Source: Veleropilina oligotropha (taxonomy: Eukaryota). Taken from it: 64,000 nucleotides of DNA. The notes below the pieces were generated by a model that saw only the letters and a list, made by a program, of their open reading frames with translations, had not been told where the DNA came from and made no database searches. Below, piece after piece: positions 12,478 to 21,887 of this stretch; positions within the stretch are counted from its first letter, which is position 1; each line of letters begins with the position of its first letter. Position numbers and translations under genes: made by a program. Location: contig JBEUKZ010000111.1 of NCBI GenBank assembly GCA_048128005.1, positions 124,001 through 188,000 of the forward strand, read 5' to 3'.

Positions 12478-13125
12478 TCAACCTGGATAGTTAGTCGCCA
12501 GCTCCGAATTTTTCAGCAGCTCTGCGCATCCCTCTTTACGGCCACGCTCAATAAGCTCGCTTTGGGTCTGTGAAATCGCGGTGTGCGCCTTCCTACTCTT
12601 ATCCCGAATTGATGCCTTCATGGCTTGGTATTTCTCCATCTCCCCTGTGACTAGTTGGAATTCATCATCAGACATCACCCCGTCCGCTAAGGCCTTTGAG
12701 ACGTGGTCGGTTATGGTATTAAGCTTGCTGTCGGCCAGTACTCGAATCTCGTCGTGTTTCTTAGCCTTAACCTGGAGGCATCGGCTGATATATTTCCCAC
12801 CCATACTGGCGAGCCCACACCCTAATGCCGCTAATTCCAGCACTAGGACAACAGGTGCGGCAACGATTGTGGACAGTAGACCAATTCCAGCGCTACCCAT
12901 ACCAAGTGTGGCGACGACTAGTCCGTTATCTATCCCGTCAACGACGTTAACACCTCGGCGGTATTTTTTATATAGTGCAGCTCTTGTGTCTCTCTCTCGT
13001 TCTAACTGTCCCTGAAGCTCATTCACTTTTTGCAGTCGGAAAGACTGTGCCTCCGGAACTTCCGAAAGCACATCGCCATCAAGCTGTGGGTACAGCGTTG
13101 GCGCTGAGGGCTTGCTGTCCATCAT
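12478..13125 (-). CDS. Polinton-like membrane-associated protein (coiled coil plus hydrophobic hairpin; N-terminal PSAP and LYPQL motifs)
   Basis: 215-aa ORF; long hydrophobic segment GLVVATLGMGSAGIGLLSTIVAAPVVLVLELAALGCG; its start overlaps the stop of the upstream ORF. Confidence 0.8.
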   Translation of the reverse strand: MMDSKPSAPTLYPQLDGDVLSEVPEAQSFRLQKVNELQGQLERERDTRAALYKKYRRGVNVVDGIDNGLVVATLGMGSAGIGLLSTIVAAPVVLVLELAALGCGLASMGGKYISRCLQVKAKKHDEIRVLADSKLNTITDHVSKALADGVMSDDEFQLVTGEMEKYQAMKASIRDKSRKAHTAISQTQSELIERGRKEGCAELLKNSELATNYPG

Positions 13126-13484
13126 ACGTGGCTGTATTGTTCAGCCTGTTGATTCCCAATGTCTACCGTAACGTTCAAATACAGAGTGCCCACCCACGGG
13201 GCCTTGATGGTGAAGGCGAGGGTCAACTTGTCCGAGTCCAGGCCAAGGCTATTAATGGAACACGCTTTGGGGGCGCCCCCGGCCGGCTGGACCGGTGTCG
13301 TGTGGATCATTAGCAGGGCTGGGTTCAACCCAAAGCGACCTCCAGTGTTTGGAATCCTGAACCCAGCCCTCGCCAGCCCCTTCTTGGGTGCTTCCCCACA
13401 ATTAAGACCGAAGTGCCACCGGATCGCTGAAGGCTCTTCTGCGAGAAGGGGTGGGAGTGGGGTCCCATAGATGCTGATGCTCAT
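13122..13484 (-). CDS. Hypothetical beta-rich viral protein (120 aa)
   Basis: ATG start; 4-nt ATGA overlaps with both neighbouring ORFs, as in a packed viral gene block. Confidence 0.65.
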   Translation of the reverse strand: MSISIYGTPLPPLLAEEPSAIRWHFGLNCGEAPKKGLARAGFRIPNTGGRFGLNPALLMIHTTPVQPAGGAPKACSINSLGLDSDKLTLAFTIKAPWVGTLYLNVTVDIGNQQAEQYSHV

Positions 13485-14188
13485 TGTATCTCAAGGACTG
13501 CGGACATAGGCATACCGTGATTGTTGAGCGGGTTACCATCTGGGTCTGTGACGTACACCTTCAACTCTGTGATTAGTCCGGCCTGCAGTCGCCGGACGGC
13601 GGGGTAGCTATGATAGTGGGCAGCTTCACCGAACATCTGCGACGTGATAGGGACCACCGCGAGAATATTGCTAGGGGCGCCGTCCTTCACATTGTGTGTT
13701 GTACTGAGCTGCTCCAGGTGAACGTGTAGGGTCGCTGCAATGGCAAACCCGACAGGCTTGTTCCCGTCATACGTCCCGGGGCATAGCCATTGCGGCTCAT
13801 CTGCAGGCTTGTTCTTGTCATAAGTCATAAGCAGCCACCGCCCTGCAAGGGTGAAGCCGAGGAGCTTCCGTATATCGGCGCTGATCGCGAGTTGAGTCCC
13901 GGAGGGGACCACGAGTCGCGCGAGTCCGGTAGCACGGCTTACCTCGAGCTGTATATTAACTAGCGACCTCTTCATTGTCTTGGCGAGGGAATCGAAGCTG
14001 TAGAAACCCGGTGCCACATCGACCATGGTATCCGGGGTCTTAAAGAATGCTCCAGCGTGCACGTTATGCCAGCCGACCCAGTAGTCGAACGAGCGCAGGA
14101 CGACGCATAGTTTGCCTTCCCGGTTATCAATAGGCTGCAGGAGGGGAACCGCGGTCCCCTGTTGAACACTCGTTAATGTGTGGAACAT
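13481..14188 (-). CDS. Minor capsid protein (penton-like single jelly roll)
   Basis: 235 aa; C-terminal NILAVVPI...ITELKVYVTDPDGNPLNNHGMPMSAVLEI resembles Polinton minor capsid C-termini. Confidence 0.75.
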   Translation of the reverse strand: MFHTLTSVQQGTAVPLLQPIDNREGKLCVVLRSFDYWVGWHNVHAGAFFKTPDTMVDVAPGFYSFDSLAKTMKRSLVNIQLEVSRATGLARLVVPSGTQLAISADIRKLLGFTLAGRWLLMTYDKNKPADEPQWLCPGTYDGNKPVGFAIAATLHVHLEQLSTTHNVKDGAPSNILAVVPITSQMFGEAAHYHSYPAVRRLQAGLITELKVYVTDPDGNPLNNHGMPMSAVLEIQ

Positions 14189-14192
14189 AGCT

Positions 14193-15463
14193 ATGGCTAA
14201 GAGCGCCTTTGCGTTTAATGGGAGTGCGGCCTATCCGAACGGTGTGGTGTACCCAGCGAAGATCCAAGATGAGCAGCTTACAAAACCAAGCGTCGTTGTC
14301 TCCTCGTCTGAATCTCCGGCCTTCGGGGCAGACTATCCAGACGTCTTTCAAAAATACCGCCTCCCTCACGTCGCGAGTGATCGAGTGATCCAGGCCTGGC
14401 ACAGTACACAGATGCGATTTTGGCAGAACAAGGTCAATTTCGCCGTATGGTGTGCTACAACAGGTTCCGGGATCTCCTCAGAAGACCACTTGAATGCTAC
14501 TGCAGCCCTCGCCAGAGCTGTATTCACCTTCCACGTATACTATCAGGTCAGAAGGATCTTGACCGAGATTCAGGCGCCGCTGCCTCAAGACGTGACGTGG
14601 GATGCATTCGACACCCCGTATGACCGAAGGTCATATGAAAAGACTGCAGCGAATTCGGAGTATCCCGACAAACCGACTGGCGTGTCAAGGGTCCCAACGG
14701 CGGACTAGGCACCGCTTACAGCTACTGGACGAACAACGGCTACCACCCCATCGGACGTGAGTATGATCCAAGCCGAATGTCCTTCACCAAAGGTACGACC
14801 AACACGAATTTGCATGTGGACTATATAGCACAGGATGCAGGCACTTCGTGGGCTTCCTGTATTCTGGACAAGTCAGTGGGGTTTACCCGGGCTGGCGTGG
14901 AGAGGCTCAATGACTCCATCAGGACCTACGTCTGGGCGATTCTTGGAGCGCAGGCGCAGACACGTGCAAGTATTCTGGGGAGTGGGATGGCATTTGACGC
15001 ACAGAAACAGTTTCTGGCGAACGTCGAAGACGCCATCGCATCCCCCGTTGACCTCCCATCAGCCATCAAACGGTACCAGGACGTTTTGCAGTATGCCAGG
15101 TCCAAGGTCGACTTCGTATTCGGCGTTGGCCTGTACATGGCGCCAAGTAACATGCTTCTACGGATCGGGCAGGTGGCTGGTTATAACAACGAGATCGTCG
15201 TCACCACGGAAGACCAGACCCTAGGTCTTAATATGACGGTGAACGCGGCCAGTGTGCCGCCCAACGCCGCACGGGGTACTGGAGAAACAGGATTGGTTAT
15301 TCCACAAGACGCAGATGCAAGCATACCGGTAGTCACTCTGAAGCATCCAAACGCTGAGCTGGCTGTAGCTGTTCCAGCGGTAGCTGTGGCACATGACGAG
15401 GAGAAAACCGCACTTATCGTGGGCGGCATTGTCGTTGGCCTAGCGTTCATCTGGCTTACGTGA
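14193..15463 (+). CDS. Hypothetical viral protein with C-terminal transmembrane anchor (frameshift near 14640)
   Basis: ORFs 14193-14708 and 14777-15463 join through an open alternative frame (CSEFGVSRQTDWRV...RMSF); ends ALIVGGIVVGLAFIWLT. Confidence 0.7.
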
Positions 15464-16747
15464 CCCACTGTCTAGCGGCAATAAGAAGCAAGCCCCCAAC
15501 AGATATAATCACAGCCCACAGATTCTCGGCGAGCCACGACGCAGTCTTGCCGACCAGGTTGATTAGCCAGGAGACAAGGCTTCCAAGTATTCCGGGGAGC
15601 GCGGCTGCGGCCTTCCCCGCTAGTTTGCCTAGAATCCTTCCCAGGTTCTGCAGCTGCTTTTTGACCCACTCCTTGACCCCCCCTTGACCACTGGGAGGTG
15701 GTGGTGGTTGTGGTATGCTCGGCGCTCCGCCTGTCAGGGCTAGTACCAAAGTCGAGATGGCCAACCCAATAGCGGTCAGTATGGTTGCGATCGTAACCCC
15801 TTGCTCTCGGAATAGGGTCCGAATACGCTCGGCCAGCGTTGTGTCAGAGTGGAGAATCCGATCTAGCATCTCTCGGATCCGGCTGATTTGAGAGCGTAGG
15901 GCCTCCCGGCTGGATGAGGCTGCCTCTAGGCGAGCTTCTCGTTCATCGTTTAAGTTGCGCAGACGTTCCGCGATCCGTCGACGAATAAACTCATCCACAC
16001 CGCCCTCTTCATCGGCCCGATCGAGCTTGCTCTTCTCCAGCTCTATGTGTTCGTCCAGCACCGTTAGTTTGGCCAGGTTGTTAGTGAGCTCGCCTCGAAT
16101 GGTCTGCATCGCCTTGTCAAGTCCGCGAAGCTCGCGGAGGTTTAATGGAGGGTCCCCCATCGTGCCTAAGATCTCTTCAACCTCGGTATCAGTGAACTTC
16201 GTCTCCATCATGTGGATTGCTACCGAGGCCTCAGTAGCTGTCTGCCCCAAGTCCCGCAGTTCCACGTTGTCTACGTTAGCGGCCGCACTGCTCAACTCAT
16301 CGTTGGCTGTCTGCAGAGCTGCAACCGCTTTTGAGGACAGCTTCTGTCCCCCTTTCCCCCGCTTCTCTGGCCGCGTCCATGCTTCGAATCCCAACCCTTT
16401 TCTGATCGCACTACCCCCACCTCTCCGGTTAGCTAGTGTTGACAAAGCATTGGGTTTTTTCGATCTAGAATTGATGAGATCGATGTTTGGATATTTCTTC
16501 AGCCGCAATCCCTCCCCTCGACGTACTCGAACTGGGAATAATCACGCCACGTAGGCAAGGTCTGCCCCTCCTCCGACAGGGCTTTGTAGTAGTCATCAAC
16601 CGCGTCCTTCACGAACTCTTGCCGCTGACTGCTGGTTCCTTCCTGTGGCCGTTCCGAAATAATAGGCTCAATCCAGTCCGTGGATCCAACCTCACCATCA
16701 TCGTCGATGATGTCGGGCTCGAATGTGGGGTTCTCAAATTCCGCCAT
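15456..16747 (-). CDS. Coiled-coil membrane protein with amphipathic C-terminus (frameshift near 16510)
   Basis: Acidic N-terminus MAEFENPTFEPD (ATG at 16747) joins the 15456-16508 ORF; long coiled coil, TM helix, poly-Pro and amphipathic helices. Confidence 0.7.
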
Positions 16748-16790
16748 TTGAATACTACAGCTTGGGTACGCATCTAATTCAGACAACAAC

Positions 16791-18094
16791 ATGTCCAGCA
16801 CGTACGGACGCACGTTGGATCCATACCGCAGACTTCGAGAGCCCCTCGGGGTCAAGGGTATCCGCCAGTCGGTCACCATAACCAACAACCCATCCACTAT
16901 TGCTGCGAACCAGCAGCTGTTGGTTCGGTTTCCCAACCTCGGGGCTCACGACGTGATCGTGCCAGGGACTGCCCACCTCGCATTCACCATTGCTCTGACC
17001 TCGGCTAACCCGAACAGGACTGTAGTTCAGAACATCGGATGCGCCGTGGTCAAGAAGACCACGATAAAGATCAGTGGGAACGAAGTCATGTCTATAGATG
17101 ACTCCGACGTGTACCACTGCTACTGCGATCTCTGGAAGACCGCAGGGGAGCGCACGAATGCCCAATATCAGGTATTGATACCAGCGACAGCCACAACACT
17201 ATGAAGAACCGTGTCGGCGCTGAGGGCGCATTCAGACGTTCTGAGGACACAGCTATATCGGACGCGTACGGCCCAAGGTTTCGCATCCCGCTGGACTTCG
17301 AGTTGCTGGAGAGCCACATGCCATTCTACCAAAGTGCGTTGGGGGACCGTCTTGAGTACGAGCTTACGTTCAACGATCACTCAAGGACGATCAGGGACAC
17401 CGATGACCCCAGCTCCAGCTACGTCATCGACAATATCAGCCTGGAATACGACATGGTCACTAATCTTGAGCTTGCCAGATCGATAAAAAACCAATACTCG
17501 GGCCGCCTCGTGATCCTGTACGATCGTGTCCTGCGGCATCGTAAGATTACGAGAGACAAAAGCGACACTTTGTGGAATTTAAATTTGAATGTACCGGCGA
17601 AATCCATGAAGGGTATCCTACTGCTGTTTGAGGATCCCGCGAGAGACGCCGCACCATTCGCGAGGGACACCTGGGCCTTCTACAATCCGAAGATCACGAA
17701 GGTCGAGGTCACTATTGAGGGTGTGCCGAATCAACTATACAGCCAGGGCATGCGTTCCTACCAGATGTGGGACGAAGCCAGGAGATTCTTCGCCTCCTCC
17801 CCAAGCAGCAAGCGCCATCCTGAGGTGGCGTTGGTTGCCAAGGATTTGGAATTGGCGGACGTCACCCTGGGCGAGTTTCTGACTAAGAAGTTCGCCTTAT
17901 TGATCGACCTCAGGGTCACCGACGACGACCAGCTGCATGGGTCAGGCCGGAAAGTAGATAACGCCAGCGAGGGCATCACCATCCAGATAACTAAGACGGG
18001 TGAAGCAGCCGGCCCGTTGAACGTCTACGTGTTCGTGATAATGGATGCGCAACTGCATATTCAGGATGGCCGATTTGTCACCGCGCTATACTAA
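16791..18094 (+). CDS. Major capsid protein (double jelly-roll, inferred), split by a 1-nt frameshift near 17171
   Basis: ORFs 16791-17204 and 17201-18094 fuse to ~434 aa if one G is restored in CAGG(G)TATT; beta-rich; size and position next to the packaging ATPase are typical of Polinton MCPs. Confidence 0.8.
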
Positions 18095-18701
18095 AAGACA
18101 GTTCCCGCACCCCAAGGACCCCCACTCCGCAATCATCTGCGGCCAGACTGGCTGTGGGAAGACGGTTTTCATGCTTGAACTTCTGGAGGGGGAGTACCTA
18201 GGAGTGTTCCGGCATATTGTGATCCTCTGCCCAACGATCAAGTACAATAAAACATACCAGTCCTGTCCATGGATCTGGACTGACCCTGAGGCGTACATAA
18301 TCCCCCCTGGTGAGCGACTCCATGACTGGTTGCGGGGGTTCTACCGGCTGTTTCAGGGGGAGTCGACTCTGTACATAATCGACGACTGCGCCGCCAGCAA
18401 AGCCCTCGCCAAAAAACGGGACATGCTGACTTTGTTGGCCTTCAGCGGCAGGCATGCCGAACAGAGCGTATGGGTAGTGACGCAAAAGTACAACTCGGTC
18501 TTGAAGGAGCTCAGAGAGCAGACCCGCTGGGTCGCGCTGTTCCATTGCAAGGACCGCGACAGTTTCGAGGACTGTCTGCGCGAGAACGATGTAATCCCGT
18601 CGCAGGATGAACGGACCGCGGTTCGCCGGCTGTTGGCCGAGACACGACACGCTAAGCTTCTGTTGAAAACTGATCAGCCCGTTGCTTATAGTGTGCTGTA
18701 G
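18045..18701 (+). CDS. A32/FtsK-HerA-like DNA packaging ATPase
   Basis: Walker A GQTGCGKT, Walker B YIIDDC, and GRH...VVTQKY motif typical of A32-like ATPases; the true start may be MADL at 18066. Confidence 0.92.
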   Translation: MRNCIFRMADLSPRYTKRQFPHPKDPHSAIICGQTGCGKTVFMLELLEGEYLGVFRHIVILCPTIKYNKTYQSCPWIWTDPEAYIIPPGERLHDWLRGFYRLFQGESTLYIIDDCAASKALAKKRDMLTLLAFSGRHAEQSVWVVTQKYNSVLKELREQTRWVALFHCKDRDSFEDCLRENDVIPSQDERTAVRRLLAETRHAKLLLKTDQPVAYSVL

Positions 18702-18732
18702 CAAGCTGTAGTCTACTGAGCATCTACCCAGC

Positions 18733-19473
18733 ATGTCGGACGCGGTATACATAGCTTTTGCTTTCAGCCAGAGCCTGATCTTGCTCCTACTCGCTACATT
18801 GTGGTATTGGCATTATCGCTATATTAGACTGGCGAGGAGATGTTGGAAACGCTTAAGGATGGACAGCCTCATCGATCAACTCATGGATGACGAGGAAGAA
18901 ACGACCGTCTGCCAGGGCCCCCCACCCCGCTCGACGACCGAACGTGGCGAGGAACCTGAAACTGGCGTAGCAAAGAAACGGGAGAGGCTTGCAGCATTAG
19001 CCGTTGGAGGGGCCCACAGATACTTGGGGCGCAACCTCACGGTTGACCGAATCGACGATATGACTGACGACGAGGTTGAGAAACACCATGCACGGTATGA
19101 AGCCAAGCTCGGTGCTGACATGACGAAGACCCTGGGGACTGCCGCTATACAGCTGTATGCGGGTGCAGCTGGGATGTTCCTGCCCATCCCACCAGAAAAC
19201 CAGCTACGACTGATCGCCGACCTGGAGGCCGACCCTTTCATCTCACATGCCCTGACCACTGCAAGCTGTGAGCTGTATTATAAATGGGGCATGTACCTCG
19301 CACCACTGACCGCAGCATTGACCACGGCTAAGCACTGCCAATTTGGACATGTTTGCCCGCCTAAGATACCAGAGCGAGGGCGAGATCAAGATGACAATGC
19401 TGGACGTGGACCAAATGATCGAGAGCCAGCCGATCGAGAGGGTGACTTCTTCGACAGACTCATCGGTGAGTAA
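18733..19473 (+). CDS. Hypothetical viral protein, possible N-terminal TM segment
   Basis: 246-aa ATG ORF in a tightly packed + strand block. Confidence 0.7.
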   Translation: MSDAVYIAFAFSQSLILLLLATLWYWHYRYIRLARRCWKRLRMDSLIDQLMDDEEETTVCQGPPPRSTTERGEEPETGVAKKRERLAALAVGGAHRYLGRNLTVDRIDDMTDDEVEKHHARYEAKLGADMTKTLGTAAIQLYAGAAGMFLPIPPENQLRLIADLEADPFISHALTTASCELYYKWGMYLAPLTAALTTAKHCQFGHVCPPKIPERGRDQDDNAGRGPNDREPADREGDFFDRLIGE

Positions 19474-19876
19474 AAAGGACCCTAAGAAGGTCGCAGCGGG
19501 TCGGGCCGGAGCTGCTGCGAGGAAGGTCAAGCAAGAGAGGCTACTGGCCGAGGTTCGAAAACTTAAGGAAGCCACCCGCACAGTTCCAGAACTACCGGAG
19601 GCACAGCCCCCAAAACAACAAAAACACAGTGGTGCCCCCGCTGAGGTGACCGCGGTCGAAAAGTCAGCTACACGGAAATCGGACCCAAAATTTAATTGGA
19701 CCCAGGTAGCCGTTGCTGCCGGTACGGTTGCATTGGTATTTGTTGTCTGGAGACGCAACAATCCTGGTCCATCCACACCACATCAACAGCCACCAGTCGC
19801 GGACGCTGCGCAGCCGGTCCCCTCGAGGGCCACCACCGAATTGAAGAATGAGCACAACCCGTTCCATATGCGATAG
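19391..19876 (+). CDS. Basic, low-complexity protein with one TM segment
   Basis: KKDPKKVAAGRAGAAARK basic motif; VAVAAGTVALVFVVW TM segment; start codon uncertain. Confidence 0.65.
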   Translation: MTMLDVDQMIESQPIERVTSSTDSSVSKKDPKKVAAGRAGAAARKVKQERLLAEVRKLKEATRTVPELPEAQPPKQQKHSGAPAEVTAVEKSATRKSDPKFNWTQVAVAAGTVALVFVVWRRNNPGPSTPHQQPPVADAAQPVPSRATTELKNEHNPFHMR

Positions 19877-19888
19877 TAGCAGTACAAC

Positions 19889-20128
19889 ATGACTACCCCG
19901 ATTACTGACGGAAAGATGCTCGGCAACGCCGTCTATCACGCAGCTATAGTGTCAGGCCTTGCCATAGGCTACGCACGCCTGGTCAAGATGGTATTCAAGG
20001 GGGCGAGCCCCAAGCTGGACTTCACGGGTTACGATGTTGGGATGGTCGTCCTCGACGTAGCGCTCGCCATGGCGACAAAAGACATGCTGATCAAGCAAGG
20101 CATCATACCGGCCGACGTTTTGAAGTAG
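19889..20128 (+). CDS. Small hydrophobic viral protein (79 aa)
   Basis: ACAAC-ATG start context; two hydrophobic helices. Confidence 0.7.
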   Translation: MTTPITDGKMLGNAVYHAAIVSGLAIGYARLVKMVFKGASPKLDFTGYDVGMVVLDVALAMATKDMLIKQGIIPADVLK

Positions 20129-20158
20129 TGGGACCTGCTAGATAATCGCAGCATTTCA

Positions 20159-20590
20159 ATGGCTTCCATTGCGATGCTGGTTGGGGGCGCTCTCGTCAAC
20201 GCCCTAGCCTTCAGCGGGTCCAACTTCCTCTTCTCGAAGCTACGCAGCTCCGGTGTCGACGAGGAGCGTAAACGCCACGACAAAGCCGTAGAACAGCTCA
20301 ACGCTGCTCAGACTAAATGGTCCCAGAAGCGGGCAGAGCATCTCGATTGGCTGAACGTTGAACTTCGCCGCCAGGGTCACGCTGTTGGGACATTCCGAGA
20401 TGTTGACGCCGCTATCCGTGAGTATGCATTGATCACCGGCAAGAAACTTGACCCCACCGCTGTGGGGGGTGGCCCTGAGCCCCAGCTGTCCGACTACTAC
20501 ACGCCGAGCGATGACCAAAAGGGACGTGAGATCACCTTCATCATCCTCGGGATGGCTGCGACTGGGTTGGTAGCCTACAAGCTCGCCTAA
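20159..20590 (+). CDS. Small membrane protein (143 aa) with hydrophobic N- and C-termini
   Basis: MASIAMLVGGALVNALAFSG at the N-terminus and ITFIILGMAATGLVAYKLA at the C-terminus; central coiled coil. Confidence 0.72.
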   Translation: MASIAMLVGGALVNALAFSGSNFLFSKLRSSGVDEERKRHDKAVEQLNAAQTKWSQKRAEHLDWLNVELRRQGHAVGTFRDVDAAIREYALITGKKLDPTAVGGGPEPQLSDYYTPSDDQKGREITFIILGMAATGLVAYKLA

Positions 20591-20599
20591 TTTCCATGT

Positions 20600-20911
20600 T
20601 TGGACATTTTTTCGTGGGCATGTATAGTAATGGGGCTCCCAGAAGAGCTGTACTGCGCTATGCTTGCGGTCGGCTATAGTACTACGTCACTCGACTGCTG
20701 GCGCCGCGACGAAAAGACTATGGTGCGGTTCGCAGTCCTGGTGCTCTCGGGCCCGACCAACCTTCGGGCGACGACTGCGCAGCGACCGGCTCCGGAAGCT
20801 GAAGCCTGTTGGAGACTGATCAGTTTACTGGAATACATTGCCAGTCTCGATGGCAGCGAAGACCGGCAAAAGAACTCGAGGGCGCGGAATGAACCGGAAG
20901 CTTGCGAATAG
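20600..20911 (+). CDS. Hypothetical protein
   Basis: Fills the gap before the integrase; first ATG is at 20630. Confidence 0.4.
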   Translation: MDIFSWACIVMGLPEELYCAMLAVGYSTTSLDCWRRDEKTMVRFAVLVLSGPTNLRATTAQRPAPEAEACWRLISLLEYIASLDGSEDRQKNSRARNEPEACE

Positions 20912-21887
20912 CTACTATAGCCCCCGAGGCTACTGGAAAGGGATCGCCGCGATAAAACATCTCTCGGCCGCGGTAGATGTCTCTGAAGACGTGGCCCGGG
21001 ATTGGCTGAAGAAGCAGGCCATCTGGCAAATCTATTTACCTGCGCCACGGCGGATCCCAAGACCAAAATTCAACGTCGAAACGCCGAACGAGGTTCACCA
21101 AGCCGACCTCCTGTTTCTCCCACATGACAAGGTCGGTCGTAAAACGTACAAGTACGCTCTGACTGTGGTTGATGTGGCCAGTCGCTATAAAGAAGCTGAG
21201 CCATTGGCCACAAAAGAGGCCAAAGGGGTTGCTGAAGCTCTGTCTCGAATCTACAGGCGGAGTCCTCTTAGCTGGCCGAAATTGCTTCAGGTTGATCCAG
21301 GGCGGGAGTTTATGGGCGCGGTCTCCCAGCTGCTGGCAAATAATAATGTCGAGGTTAGGCGTGGCCGTGTGGATCTCCATCGCGATCAAGGCATTGTGGA
21401 GCGCTTCAACCGGACGCTCGCTGAGCGGCTCTTTGGGCACCAGTATGCAAAAGAGATGCGGTTTGCAGAGTCTGCGAAAGAGGGTCAAAGGTCGACTGAG
21501 TGGGTCGCCCGGTTAGCAGCTGTAGTTGCGGCCTTGAATGGGGAAGTGACCAGGCTGACCGGTAAAAAGCCCAAGGACGCCATCAAGGCACCTCGCGTTG
21601 CCCAAAAGCCCGGCGCCACTGTTCCAGGCCGACAGGGGAAGGAACAGAAACTCCCCTCTGGCATAGATGTTCGCTACCTATACCAACCCGGTGAGTTGGA
21701 GGGTGGTCGCCGCCGTGCCACTGACCCGGTGTGGTCTTTGACGGTTCACAGGCTTGGACGCTCCATCACTAAGCCTGACGAGCCTGTGCTCTACTACTTG
21801 CTCGATGGACCACCGCGTGGGTTTGTTCGAGAGGAACTTCTCGTGGTGCCTCGTGACACCCAGCTGCCGCCGGTTCTCAGGCGTTAA
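20889..21887 (+). CDS. Retroviral-like (rve) DDE integrase of Polinton type
   Basis: HQADLLFL, LTVVDVASRY, LQVDPGREF and IVERFNRTL motifs; ATG at 20889; no chromodomain seen. Confidence 0.95.
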   Translation: MNRKLANSYYSPRGYWKGIAAIKHLSAAVDVSEDVARDWLKKQAIWQIYLPAPRRIPRPKFNVETPNEVHQADLLFLPHDKVGRKTYKYALTVVDVASRYKEAEPLATKEAKGVAEALSRIYRRSPLSWPKLLQVDPGREFMGAVSQLLANNNVEVRRGRVDLHRDQGIVERFNRTLAERLFGHQYAKEMRFAESAKEGQRSTEWVARLAAVVAALNGEVTRLTGKKPKDAIKAPRVAQKPGATVPGRQGKEQKLPSGIDVRYLYQPGELEGGRRRATDPVWSLTVHRLGRSITKPDEPVLYYLLDGPPRGFVREELLVVPRDTQLPPVLRR

